In this document: one piece after another, positions 1-8,088 of the stretch
Layout of the letters: every line of letters begins with the position of its first letter
Position numbering within the stretch: the first letter of the stretch is position 1
Source of the DNA: Patescibacteria group bacterium
GTDB lineage: Bacteria > Patescibacteriota > Patescibacteriia > UBA2591 > UBA6264
DNA length: 32,000 nt
Direction: 5' to 3'
Assembly (NCBI GenBank): GCA_028713575.1
Contig: JAQTOB010000007.1
Location: 6,523-38,522 of the forward strand
The notes under the pieces: model-generated
Told to the model about the DNA's origin: nothing
What the model saw: only the letters and a program-made list of their open reading frames with translations
The model's database searches: none
Made by a program: the position numbers and the translations under genes

Positions 1-1080
1 TGGGGCTGGGAGAATTATAATTTAATTTTTAATAAATATTATCAGCCCCGTTATTTAGTTAAGGGAATAGACGCCACCTGGTTTGATCGTTCTCATAATC
101 AGGTGATTGATGTGTTGGCCTTATCAGGCCCTTTTGGTTTAGTTTCTTATCTAAGTATTTTTGGCGCGATATTCTGGTTGATTTACAAAAAGACAAAGAG
201 AGGAGACACATCAAAGAAAAATATTTCTTTAGTGATTTTAGGTTTGATGTTTTTGGCTTATTTTATTCAAAACCTTTTTGTTTTTGATACGCCGGCGCCA
301 CTTATTATCTTCTATTTTAGTTTAGGTTTGGTTTACTTTATTGCCAGTGATACATGGAGGTCTAACCTCCCAACTGACCTCCCAAAAGAGGTCAGGCCTC
401 GGGCGGGATCGCGTTTTCCGTTGCCGGTTTTGGTCCTTTTGGTCGTTGTTATTTCTCCGGCAATGATGTACAAATTTAATTTTGAACCGTTTCAGCAATC
501 GCGTTTAGGCGCCAAGGCCTGGAACGCAGCTAAGGTTGATTTTAATACTGCTCTTTATTGGTACCAAAAAGCTCTAAGCAAACCTTGTTTTACTAATTTA
601 GATACCCGAGTTTATTTAGCCCAGATGATTGCTCAAGGACATAACGATATTGGAGAAAAAACCACGCAGGACGATTTGCAAATACTGGGGTTGGGCACGG
701 AATTAGCCATTAGCGAATATAAAAAGAATACACAGGAACATCCCTGGGACGCCCGATATTGGCTTTATTTGGGTCAGTTATATGGCTTGGGTGTAAAATA
801 TGACCGATCATATATTGCAGAAGCAAAAAGAGTTTTAAATAAAGCTTTGTCGCTTTCTCCGAATCGCCAGCAGGTATATTTTGAGTTGGCGAGGATTTAT
901 TATTACGAAAAGGAGTACGCAAAAGCGATCACCCTTTTGGAACGGACCGTGGTTTTATCTCCAGAAGTGAGAGAGTCAATTCAGAAATTAAAAAATATGG
1001 TGGCAGTAGCGGAAAAAGAAAAACCAGATTTAGAAGAATTAGCTAAAGCAAAAAAGTTCTTAGAGTATTTGGCAAAATAA
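1..1080 (+). CDS. Polytopic membrane protein with C-terminal TPR repeats, O-antigen-ligase (Wzy_C)-like; 5' end outside the window
   Basis: Frame 1 is open from nt 1 (WGWENYNLIF...WFDRSHNQVIDVLALSGPFG), so the GTG at 103 in the track is probably not the true start. Hydrophobic helices are followed by TPR-like repeats (ALYWYQKAL, AKRVLNKALSLSPN, YAKAITLLERTV). The TAA stop is 1 nt from the pgk ATG. Confidence 0.6.
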   Translation, partial: WGWENYNLIFNKYYQPRYLVKGIDATWFDRSHNQVIDVLALSGPFGLVSYLSIFGAIFWLIYKKTKRGDTSKKNISLVILGLMFLAYFIQNLFVFDTPAPLIIFYFSLGLVYFIASDTWRSNLPTDLPKEVRPRAGSRFPLPVLVLLVVVISPAMMYKFNFEPFQQSRLGAKAWNAAKVDFNTALYWYQKALSKPCFTNLDTRVYLAQMIAQGHNDIGEKTTQDDLQILGLGTELAISEYKKNTQEHPWDARYWLYLGQLYGLGVKYDRSYIAEAKRVLNKALSLSPNRQQVYFELARIYYYEKEYAKAITLLERTVVLSPEVRESIQKLKNMVAVAEKEKPDLEELAKAKKFLEYLAK

Positions 1081-1081
1081 A

Positions 1082-2281
1082 ATGAAAATAAAAACATTAA
1101 AAAAAATAAAAAATTTGGAAAATAAAAAAGTCTTGGTTAGAGTTGGGTTTGATTGCCCGATTAAAAACGGAAAAATTATTGACGATTCCAGAATCAGGCA
1201 AATTTTGCCGACCATTAATTATTTAATTAAGAAAAAAGCTAAGATAATTTTAATCAGCCATTTAGGCCGACCATTAGATTATGAGAGTATTAGAACATTA
1301 GAACATAAGAATATGGAGATAAAAAAGAAATTCAGCTTACTGCCGGTTTACCGATATTTGAGAAATTTAAAACTGCCGGTTAAATTCGTTAACGACTGTC
1401 TGGGCTTGGAAGTGGAAAAGGCAGCGGGGAAGATGAGGCCCGGCCAGGTCATCTTGTTAGAAAATCTTCGTTTTTATCCCGGAGAAGAAAAAAACGATGA
1501 TATCTTTGCTAAAAAATTATCCGCCTTAGCAGACATATACGTTAATGAAGCCTTTTCCGCAAGTCATCGGAAAAACGCTTCTTTGGTCGCCATTAATAAA
1601 TATTTACCCGGTTATGCCGGTCTTTTGTTGGAAAAAGAAATAAAATATCTTAGTTCTTTTTTAAAAAATTCCAAACACCCTTTGATTGTTTTAATGGGCG
1701 GGAAGAAAATAGAAACTAAAATTAAACCTATTAAAAATTTATTAAAAAAGGCAGATAAGGTTTTGGTCGGTGGTTCTTTGGCTAGCAATTTTTTTAAAGC
1801 CAGAAATGATGAAATTGGCCAATCTTTTTACGAGCCATCAATGTTACCTTTAACTAAAGAATTATTAAAAAATAAAAAAATTATTTTGCCGGTTGATGTT
1901 AAGATAATGGCGAATAAAAAAATAAATGTTATTGATATTTTAGAATTAAGGAAGATAAAGAAAGATTTTGAAATTTTTGATATTGGGCCGAAAACCGTTA
2001 AAATGTTTGAAAAATGTTTTAAAAATGCTAAAATGATATTTTGGAACGGACCAATGGGATATTTTGAAGAAAGGCGTTTTCGTCAGGGCACCATTTCTGT
2101 CGCCCAGAAGATTTTAAAAAACAAAAAAGCAAAAATAGTTATTGGTGGAGGAGAGACATTGATTATTTTAAAAAATTTAAAATTAGGAAAAAACGTTTTT
2201 GTTTCCAGTGGAGGAGGGGCAATGCTGGAATTTATGGAAGGGAAGGTTTTGCCCGGAATTAGGCCACTACTTGGCAAATAG
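1082..2281 (+). CDS. pgk: Phosphoglycerate kinase
   Basis: 399-aa ORF with PGK hallmarks (VLVRVGFDCP, DDSRIRQILPTINYL, ILISHLGRP, NLRFYPGEE, FWNGPMGYFE, GGGAMLEFMEGKVLPG). The start is coupled to the upstream stop (TAAAATG). Confidence 0.95.
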   Translation: MKIKTLKKIKNLENKKVLVRVGFDCPIKNGKIIDDSRIRQILPTINYLIKKKAKIILISHLGRPLDYESIRTLEHKNMEIKKKFSLLPVYRYLRNLKLPVKFVNDCLGLEVEKAAGKMRPGQVILLENLRFYPGEEKNDDIFAKKLSALADIYVNEAFSASHRKNASLVAINKYLPGYAGLLLEKEIKYLSSFLKNSKHPLIVLMGGKKIETKIKPIKNLLKKADKVLVGGSLASNFFKARNDEIGQSFYEPSMLPLTKELLKNKKIILPVDVKIMANKKINVIDILELRKIKKDFEIFDIGPKTVKMFEKCFKNAKMIFWNGPMGYFEERRFRQGTISVAQKILKNKKAKIVIGGGETLIILKNLKLGKNVFVSSGGGAMLEFMEGKVLPGIRPLLGK

Positions 2282-2461
2282 GCGGTTTTGTCCCGCCCCA
2301 AGTCCGAACATACTTTGGTTGAAACAGAGAGTTATGCTCGCGGTGGACGCCTTCAGCTTACTCTAATTTTAGATTGATTTTATTCAAAGACTTGAGGCGG
2401 GATGCTCAAAATTCTATCAAAAATTTATTCACTCCGTTCTAAATTTTTGAGAATTTTGGCA
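2282..2461 (+). other. 180-bp structured non-coding insert between the two copies of the pgk 3' end
   Basis: Hairpin GGCGG-N7-CCGCC at 2281-2297. Long-range inverted repeat 2291-2304 / 2389-2402 (13 of 14). An 18-bp AT-rich stem with a 2-nt bulge at 2407-2426 / 2441-2458. No credible ORF. Confidence 0.5.
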
Positions 2462-2526
2462 GGGCAATGCTGGAATTTATGGAAGGGAAGATTTTACCGG
2501 GAATCAGGCCGCTGATGAAAACATAA
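2462..2526 (+). repeat. Relic second copy of the pgk 3' terminus (would encode AMLEFMEGKILPGIRPLMKT*)
   Basis: Direct repeat of 2217-2281. The first 29 nt are identical, followed by five synonymous third-position differences (ttg/tta, ccc/ccg, att/atc, cca/ccg, cta/ctg). An in-frame TAA at 2440-2442 upstream means it is not part of a longer ORF. Confidence 0.8.
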
Positions 2527-2557
2527 AAACTTAAAAATATAAAAAATTAAAATAATA

Positions 2558-2938
2558 ATGATTAAAAAGAAGAAAAGTTTTGAGGATATAAAAGCCTGGC
2601 AGTTAGCAAGGGAATTTAGAAAGGAAATTTATGCTATTACCAGAAAATTTCCGCAAGAGGAATAATTCGTTCTAACACCGCAAATAAGAAGGTCTGCCAT
2701 TTCAGTGAGTTCCAATATCGCGGAGGGTTGGGGTAGATATTCATTTCAAGAGAATATTCAATTTTGTAGGACTGCTCGTGGCTCCGTTAATGAAGTTTTG
2801 GATCAATTATATGTCGCTTCAGGTGAAAAATATATTAACGAAGATGAATTTAAAAAGTTATACCAAAATGGCAGAGAAATAGAAAAAGCGATTAATGGTT
2901 ATATTGATTTTTTAAGAAAGCAAAAGAGTAATTTTTAG
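2558..2938 (+). pseudogene. Four-helix-bundle protein (23S rRNA intervening-sequence protein family) interrupted by an in-frame TAA at 2663-2665
   Basis: ATG 2558 gives MIKKKKSFEDIKAWQLAREFRKEIYAITRKFPQEE*FVLTPQIRRSAISVSSNIAEGWGRYS...GSVNEVLDQL. The family motifs span the stop. The track ORF (GTG 2705) is only the distal part, in the same frame. Confidence 0.75.
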
Positions 2939-2983
2939 TTTTTTTAGTTTTTTAGATTTTTAATTTTTTAAGTTTTTAAACCT

Positions 2984-4237
2984 ATGTCTAAAATTCAAAA
3001 AATAAAAGCTAGAGAAATTTTGGATTCAAGAGGCAGTCCGACTATTGAAGTAAATATTACTTTGGAAAACGGACTACAAGCCAGAACAGCCGTGCCTTCA
3101 GGCGCTTCCACGGGCAAATATGAAGCCTGGGAATTAAGAGATAGCGACAATGAACGCTATTCGGGAAAAGGGGTTTTAAAGGCTTGTGAAAACGTGGAAA
3201 AAATTATTGCTCCGTCTTTGACAGGACAGGAACCTGACCCTCAAAAAGCAGACAAACTGATGATTGAATTAGATGGAACAACTAATAAAAATCGGCTGGG
3301 CGCTAACGCTATTTTGGGCGTTTCCTTGGCCGTGTCTAGGGTCGCCGCTTTAATGGAAAACCTTCCTTTATATCAGTACATCAGAAAAGCTTATGACCTG
3401 ACTATGGAAAAATACTTTTTGCCCACACCGATGTTCAATGTGATTAATGGCGGAAAACATTCTGATTCAGGTTTAGACATTCAAGAATTTATGGTTATTC
3501 CAATTAAAGGAGAAACTTTTCAAGAAAAAACAATGATTGGCGCGGAAATTTTTTCTGCTTTAAGAAAAGTTTTAGAAGCTCGCGGACTTACTTTTGCCGT
3601 GGGCGATGAGGGCGGCTTTGCTCCCAAATTAAAAAAAACGGAAAAAGTTTTTGACCTTTTAACATCAATTGCAGATTTTACCAAGCATCAATTAGGGACT
3701 GACGCTTTTTTGGGACTGGATGTGGCAGCTTCTGTTTTTTATAAAGAGAAAGAAAAAAAATATTTTTTTGAAGGGAAAAAAAGAAACAGCGAAGAGATGA
3801 GTAAAATTTATTGGCATTGGTTAAAAAATTGGCCCTTGATGTTGATTGAAGACCCCTTTTATGAAGACGACTGGGAATGGTGGTCTAACTTTACAAAAAA
3901 AGTTGGCGATTTAAACAAAATAATCGTTGGCGACGATTTATTTACTACTAATACGGGACGTCTTCAAAAGGGGGTGGAGAGTAGGGCGGCCAATGCGATT
4001 TTAATCAAATTAAATCAAATTGGAACTTTGACAGAAACAATAGAATGCATTAATTTAGCGCGAGAGAATAAATATAAGACTATTATTTCTCATCGTTCTG
4101 GAGAAACTAACGATGATTTTATCGCCGATTTGGCTGTGGCGGTCAACGCGGATTTTATTAAATCAGGGGCGCCGAATAGAGGGGAAAGAGTGGCCAAATA
4201 TAATCGTTTAATGGAAATAGAGGAAGAATTAGGATAA
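2984..4237 (+). CDS. eno: Enolase
   Basis: 417 aa with IKAREILDSRGSPTIEV, VPSGASTGKYEA, GDEGGFAP, IVGDDLFTTN, LIKLNQIGTLTET, SHRSGETND. Confidence 0.95.
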   Translation: MSKIQKIKAREILDSRGSPTIEVNITLENGLQARTAVPSGASTGKYEAWELRDSDNERYSGKGVLKACENVEKIIAPSLTGQEPDPQKADKLMIELDGTTNKNRLGANAILGVSLAVSRVAALMENLPLYQYIRKAYDLTMEKYFLPTPMFNVINGGKHSDSGLDIQEFMVIPIKGETFQEKTMIGAEIFSALRKVLEARGLTFAVGDEGGFAPKLKKTEKVFDLLTSIADFTKHQLGTDAFLGLDVAASVFYKEKEKKYFFEGKKRNSEEMSKIYWHWLKNWPLMLIEDPFYEDDWEWWSNFTKKVGDLNKIIVGDDLFTTNTGRLQKGVESRAANAILIKLNQIGTLTETIECINLARENKYKTIISHRSGETNDDFIADLAVAVNADFIKSGAPNRGERVAKYNRLMEIEEELG

Positions 4238-4254
4238 ATTTCTAATTATTCTAA

Positions 4255-4527
4255 TAAATCTACGACATCTACGAGGTCTCGCCTCGTAGGTCGCCTCGTA
4301 GGTCTCGCCTCGTAGGTAAATCCACGAGTAAATCTACGAGGTCTCGCCTCGTAGGTCGCCTCGTAGGTAACCTCGTAGGTAAATCCACGAGTAAATCTAC
4401 GAGGTCTCGCCTCGTAGGTAACGCCTCGTAGGTAACGCCTCGTAGGTAAATCCACGAGTAAATCTACGAGGTCTCGCCTCGTAGGTCGCCTCTAGGTAAT
4501 CTACGAGGTCTCGCCTCGTAGGTAACG
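4255..4527. repeat. GC-rich nested tandem/inverted repeat array (about 4.5 units of 63-67 bp built from CCTCGTAGGT and its complement)
   Basis: AAATCCACGAGTAAATCTACGAGG starts at 4318, 4381 and 4448. There are five ATCTACGAGG-TCTCG-CCTCGTAGGT hairpins (10-bp stem including one G-U). Each is followed by 0-2 extra unpaired (N2-4)CCTCGTAGGT copies, giving about 11 intact CCTCGTAGGT copies plus degenerate ones. Confidence 0.9.
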
Positions 4528-4607
4528 CCTTGTATAATTTAGAATTTATAATTTGTTTGTCCCGCTTGGAGTTTTAAATTATATTATTTGTTTTAGAATA
4601 AAATTTT

Positions 4608-6236
4608 ATGATAGAGGAGTCTAATGCTAAAAGTAAAGGTATATTAATTATTCTAGATGGTTGGGGAGTGGCGCCGCCGAGTCGGGGCAATGCGATAACT
4701 TTAGCTAAAACGCCCTTTTTTAATCATGCGGTTAAAAAATATCCTTATACAGAAATTTGTGCTCATGGTTTTTGCGCCGGTTTGCCGAAGAATCAGCCTG
4801 GGAATTCCGAAGCTGGTCATTTAAATTTAGGCGCTGGTCGCGTAGTAAAAGATGACGCCGTTTATATTTCAGAATCAATTCAGGATGGAACCTTTTTTAA
4901 AAATCCGGCGTTTTTAGAAGGGATAAATTATTTTAAAGATAAATTTGCCTCATCAACGACCCGTCAAAAAACCCAGAAAGTTCATTTAATGGGCTTGGTC
5001 ACGGAGGAAAGTAGCGCGCATTCTTCGCCAGAACATTGGTTGGCTATGATTCGTTTTTTAAATCAGGAAAATATAAAGGAGGTTTTTCTTCATCTTTTTA
5101 CTGATGGTCGGGATTCGGGTCAGCACGCCGCGATTAAGATTTTAGAAAGATTTAACCAAGAAATAAAAAATAATAATCATCATTCCGCCGATGAAACAAA
5201 GGTAGTTATTGCCAGTGTCGTCGGTAGGTTCTATGCTATGGATCGGACCAAGCGCTGGCAAAACGTTGAACAGGCCTACAATCTTTTAACTTCAGGCAAG
5301 GGCTTAAAAGTAAAAAACGCTCAAGAAGCCATTATTCAGGCTTATAACCGCGGAGAAACGGATGAATTTATTAGTCCCACGGTCATTGTTGATGAAAAAG
5401 AAAATCCTTTAGCGACTATTAATGATAATGATGTAGTTATTTTTATGAATTTGCGTTCTGATCGGGCCAGACAATTAACCAAGTCTTTTGTACAAAAAGA
5501 TTTTAATAAAAAAAATCCAGGTTCTTTTAAAAGAAAAAAATATTTTAAGGATTTATTTTTTATCGCCTTGACTGACTTTGGTCCTGATTTGGACGAAATA
5601 AGAACAGCTTATCCTTCACGGGAAATGAAAAATTCTTTACCGTCCGCGCTTGACGGGTTGCAACAATTTTATATTACTGAGACGGAAAAATACGCCCATT
5701 TGACGTATTTTTTTAACGGCGGTTATGATCATCCGGTAGCAGGCGAGGAAAGGGTGGTTATTCCTTCTCCTCAAGAACAAAACTATGATCAAGTTCCGAA
5801 GATGAGTGCGGATAAAGTTTGCCAAAGAGTCATTAAAGAAATTAATACGGAGAGACCTGATTTTATTGCCGTTAATTTTTGTAATCCAGATATGCTTGGT
5901 CATACGGGAAATTTAGAGGCCACAATAAAGGGTGTGGAACATGTTGATAGGCAAGTGGCGAAAATAGTGGGCGTGGCTAAAAAGAAAAAATATTGGATCA
6001 TTATTACTGCGGACCATGGCAACGCAGAGCAAATGATTAATTTGAAAACAGGAGAGATAGAAACCAATCATACGGTTAATAGAGTTCCTTTTATAATCAT
6101 TAATGCTTTAAAAGAAAATATAAAATTAAAAAAAGGCGGCAAATTAGCAGATGTGGCGCCGACAATTTTGGATCTAATGAGTTTAAAAAAACCTAGAGAA
6201 ATGACAGGGAATACACTCATTAGGACATTAGCATAA
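4608..6236 (+). CDS. gpmI: 2,3-bisphosphoglycerate-independent phosphoglycerate mutase, paralog 1
   Basis: 542 aa with LDGWG, GNSEAGHLNLGAGR, TDGRD, GRFYAMDRTKRW, ETEKYAHLTYFFNGG, NPDMLGHTGN, TADHGNAE. Catalytic Ser and metal ligands are present. Confidence 0.9.
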   Translation: MIEESNAKSKGILIILDGWGVAPPSRGNAITLAKTPFFNHAVKKYPYTEICAHGFCAGLPKNQPGNSEAGHLNLGAGRVVKDDAVYISESIQDGTFFKNPAFLEGINYFKDKFASSTTRQKTQKVHLMGLVTEESSAHSSPEHWLAMIRFLNQENIKEVFLHLFTDGRDSGQHAAIKILERFNQEIKNNNHHSADETKVVIASVVGRFYAMDRTKRWQNVEQAYNLLTSGKGLKVKNAQEAIIQAYNRGETDEFISPTVIVDEKENPLATINDNDVVIFMNLRSDRARQLTKSFVQKDFNKKNPGSFKRKKYFKDLFFIALTDFGPDLDEIRTAYPSREMKNSLPSALDGLQQFYITETEKYAHLTYFFNGGYDHPVAGEERVVIPSPQEQNYDQVPKMSADKVCQRVIKEINTERPDFIAVNFCNPDMLGHTGNLEATIKGVEHVDRQVAKIVGVAKKKKYWIIITADHGNAEQMINLKTGEIETNHTVNRVPFIIINALKENIKLKKGGKLADVAPTILDLMSLKKPREMTGNTLIRTLA

Positions 6237-6347
6237 GGATATTTAGAAGATGCTTAGGAGATACGATACTTGGGGTAAGGTTTCTAAGTAAGGGCCCCTA
6301 AGCAAGTGAAATGATGAGGTGCGTCCCCATCAAGGATGTTAATATCC
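6237..6347 (+). other. Candidate structured RNA/DNA element (three nested stems) immediately after the gpmI-1 stop
   Basis: Closing stem GGATATT (6237-6243) / AATATCC (6341-6347). Inner 8-bp stem TGCTTAGG (6251-6258) / CCTAAGCA (6297-6304). Third hairpin GATGAGG-N5-CCCCATC (6313-6331). GC-rich relative to the surroundings. Confidence 0.35.
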
Positions 6348-6348
6348 A

Positions 6349-6366
6349 ATCCGCCAGTTAGCGGAT
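6349..6366 (+). terminator. Hairpin ATCCGC-CAGTTA-GCGGAT followed by an A/T-rich tract, downstream of gpmI-1
   Basis: Perfect 6-bp stem. A homologous hairpin with a compensatory base-pair change follows gpmI-2 (8073-8088). Confidence 0.4.
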
Positions 6367-6476
6367 AAAATCTAATTTTTCATTTGACATTTAATCATTT
6401 AACATTGATTTGACGCTTAGCATTTGAACTTTGATATTTACGCTGACATTTTATTTTTAACAAAAATGATAATTCT

Positions 6477-8060
6477 ATGGCAGAATACCACAATAAAATA
6501 CAACCCGTAATTTTGATAATCCTGGACGGTTGGGGCATTGCGCCACCAAGTCAGGGCAATGCTGTGACTTTGGCAGAAACTCCGGTTTTAAATAAATTAA
6601 CCACACTTTATCCTACCATGACTCTTCAGGCCTCTGGTGAGGCGGTGGGTTTGATTTGGGGCGAGCCGGGAAATTCTGAGGTGGGGCATTTAAGTTTGGG
6701 TTCGGGAAAAATCATTTGGCAAAATCTTCCGCGCATCAATCAAACGTTGATGGAAGGCTCTTTTTATAACAACCCCGCTTTTTTAAAAGCTATGGAGCAT
6801 GTTAAGAAAAACAATTCCACTTTACATTTAATGGGTTTGGTTTCTAATGGCGCAGTACATTCTTCTAATGACCATTTATACGCTTTGTTGGAAATCGCGG
6901 CTAAACAGGAAATAAAAAATGTAGCTATTCATGTTTTTTTGGACGGTCGGGATACGCCTCAAGATAGCGGTCAAGGATTTATTAATGAACTAATGACAAG
7001 AATCAAAGATTTAAAAATCGGTAAAATTGCCACTTTATCCGGTCGGTTTTATGCCATGGATCGGGACAATCATTGGGAGAGAATAGAACAATCCTATTTG
7101 GCGATGACCAAAGGATTGGCAGAAAAAGAATTTAACGATCCATTAAGGGCTATAGAATCTTCTTATCAGGAAAAAATATATGACGAAGAATTAAAACCAG
7201 TAGTAATAGTGGATGAGGAAAATCAACCAGTCGGCAAAATTGAGGACAATGATGCGGTTATTTTTTTTAATTTTCGTTCTGACAGAGCCAGAGAATTGAC
7301 CAGAGTTTTTACGGCAGACGATTTTACTGGTTTTAGAAGAGAAAAAATTAAAAATTTATTTTTTGTTACCATGACAGAATATGAAAAAGGTTTACCCGTA
7401 GAGATTGCCTTTCCGCCAGAGAAGGTTGATAATCCTTTAGGAAAAATAATTAGTGACCAGGGTTTAAAACAGATGCATATTGCAGAAACAGAAAAATACG
7501 CTCATGTTACTTTCTTTTTTAACGGCGGAGTAGAAAAACCATTTTTAAATGAAAATCGTATTCTTATTCCTTCTCCGCGTGTCGCTTCTTATGACCAAAA
7601 ACCGGAAATGTCTGCGTCTGAAGTTTGTCATCAAGTTTTGTGGGGGATTGGGAGCGGGCAATATCATTTTATTGTAGTTAATTTTGCTAATCCGGATATG
7701 CTGGGCCATACCGGAAATATTCAAGCGGCGATAAAAGCCTTAGAAACATTGGATGAATTAGTGGGGCAAATTATAGATTTAGCTTTAAAAGAAAATTGGG
7801 TTTGTGTTATTACCGCTGACCATGGCAATGTGGAAGAAATGATTAATTTGCGGAGCGGAGAAATAAACAAGGAACATACCGCCAATCCGGTTCCTTTTAT
7901 TGTGGTGGACAAAAGATTAGAAAATAAAAATCTTTTAATACAATCCTTAGATTTGAACAATTTAACATCGGCCGGAATTTTAGCCGATGTGGCGCCAACG
8001 ATTTTGAAAATTATGGGATTGCCAAAGCCCAAGGAAATGAGCGGAACTTCGTTGGTTTAA
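6477..8060 (+). CDS. gpmI: 2,3-bisphosphoglycerate-independent phosphoglycerate mutase, paralog 2
   Basis: 527 aa with LDGWG, GNSEVGHLSLGSGK, LDGRD, GRFYAMDRDNHW, ETEKYAHVTFFFNGG, NPDMLGHTGN, TADHGNVE. Confidence 0.93.
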   Translation: MAEYHNKIQPVILIILDGWGIAPPSQGNAVTLAETPVLNKLTTLYPTMTLQASGEAVGLIWGEPGNSEVGHLSLGSGKIIWQNLPRINQTLMEGSFYNNPAFLKAMEHVKKNNSTLHLMGLVSNGAVHSSNDHLYALLEIAAKQEIKNVAIHVFLDGRDTPQDSGQGFINELMTRIKDLKIGKIATLSGRFYAMDRDNHWERIEQSYLAMTKGLAEKEFNDPLRAIESSYQEKIYDEELKPVVIVDEENQPVGKIEDNDAVIFFNFRSDRARELTRVFTADDFTGFRREKIKNLFFVTMTEYEKGLPVEIAFPPEKVDNPLGKIISDQGLKQMHIAETEKYAHVTFFFNGGVEKPFLNENRILIPSPRVASYDQKPEMSASEVCHQVLWGIGSGQYHFIVVNFANPDMLGHTGNIQAAIKALETLDELVGQIIDLALKENWVCVITADHGNVEEMINLRSGEINKEHTANPVPFIVVDKRLENKNLLIQSLDLNNLTSAGILADVAPTILKIMGLPKPKEMSGTSLV

Positions 8061-8072
8061 CTGAAAATTCAA

Positions 8073-8088
8073 TCCGTCAACTAACGGA
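8073..8088 (+). terminator. Hairpin TCCGT-CAACTA-ACGGA downstream of gpmI-2
   Basis: 5-bp stem in the context CAATCCGTCAACTAACGGACAAAAT, which parallels CAATCCGCCAGTTAGCGGATAAAAT after gpmI-1. Confidence 0.35.

Noticed and set aside
2432-2443. 12-mer CTCCGTTCTAAA shared (inverted) with 27619-27630, suggesting a possible dispersed element
   Set aside because: Many chance 12-mer matches are expected between two strands of a 32-kb AT-rich window, and the similarity does not extend into the flanks.
2933-2983. Phased T-tracts (TTTTAG/TTTTTTAG/TTTTTAA repeats) upstream of eno, suggesting a bent-DNA regulatory element
   Set aside because: It is low-complexity sequence in an already AT-rich spacer, with no defined periodicity beyond about 8-10 bp and no adjacent promoter hexamers. 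There is not enough evidence to call it.
4246-4455. Minus-strand 69-aa ORF (RRFTRGFTYEARP repeats) as a repeat protein
   Set aside because: It is a translation artefact of the DNA repeat. The repeat extends beyond the ORF, unit lengths (63 and 67 bp) do not preserve frame, and there is no start context.
4255-4527. Possible CRISPR array
   Set aside because: The 'spacers' between the longer repeats are themselves copies of the same 10-12-nt motif. There are no unique spacers, the units are 63-67 bp with internal inverted symmetry, and no cas genes are nearby.
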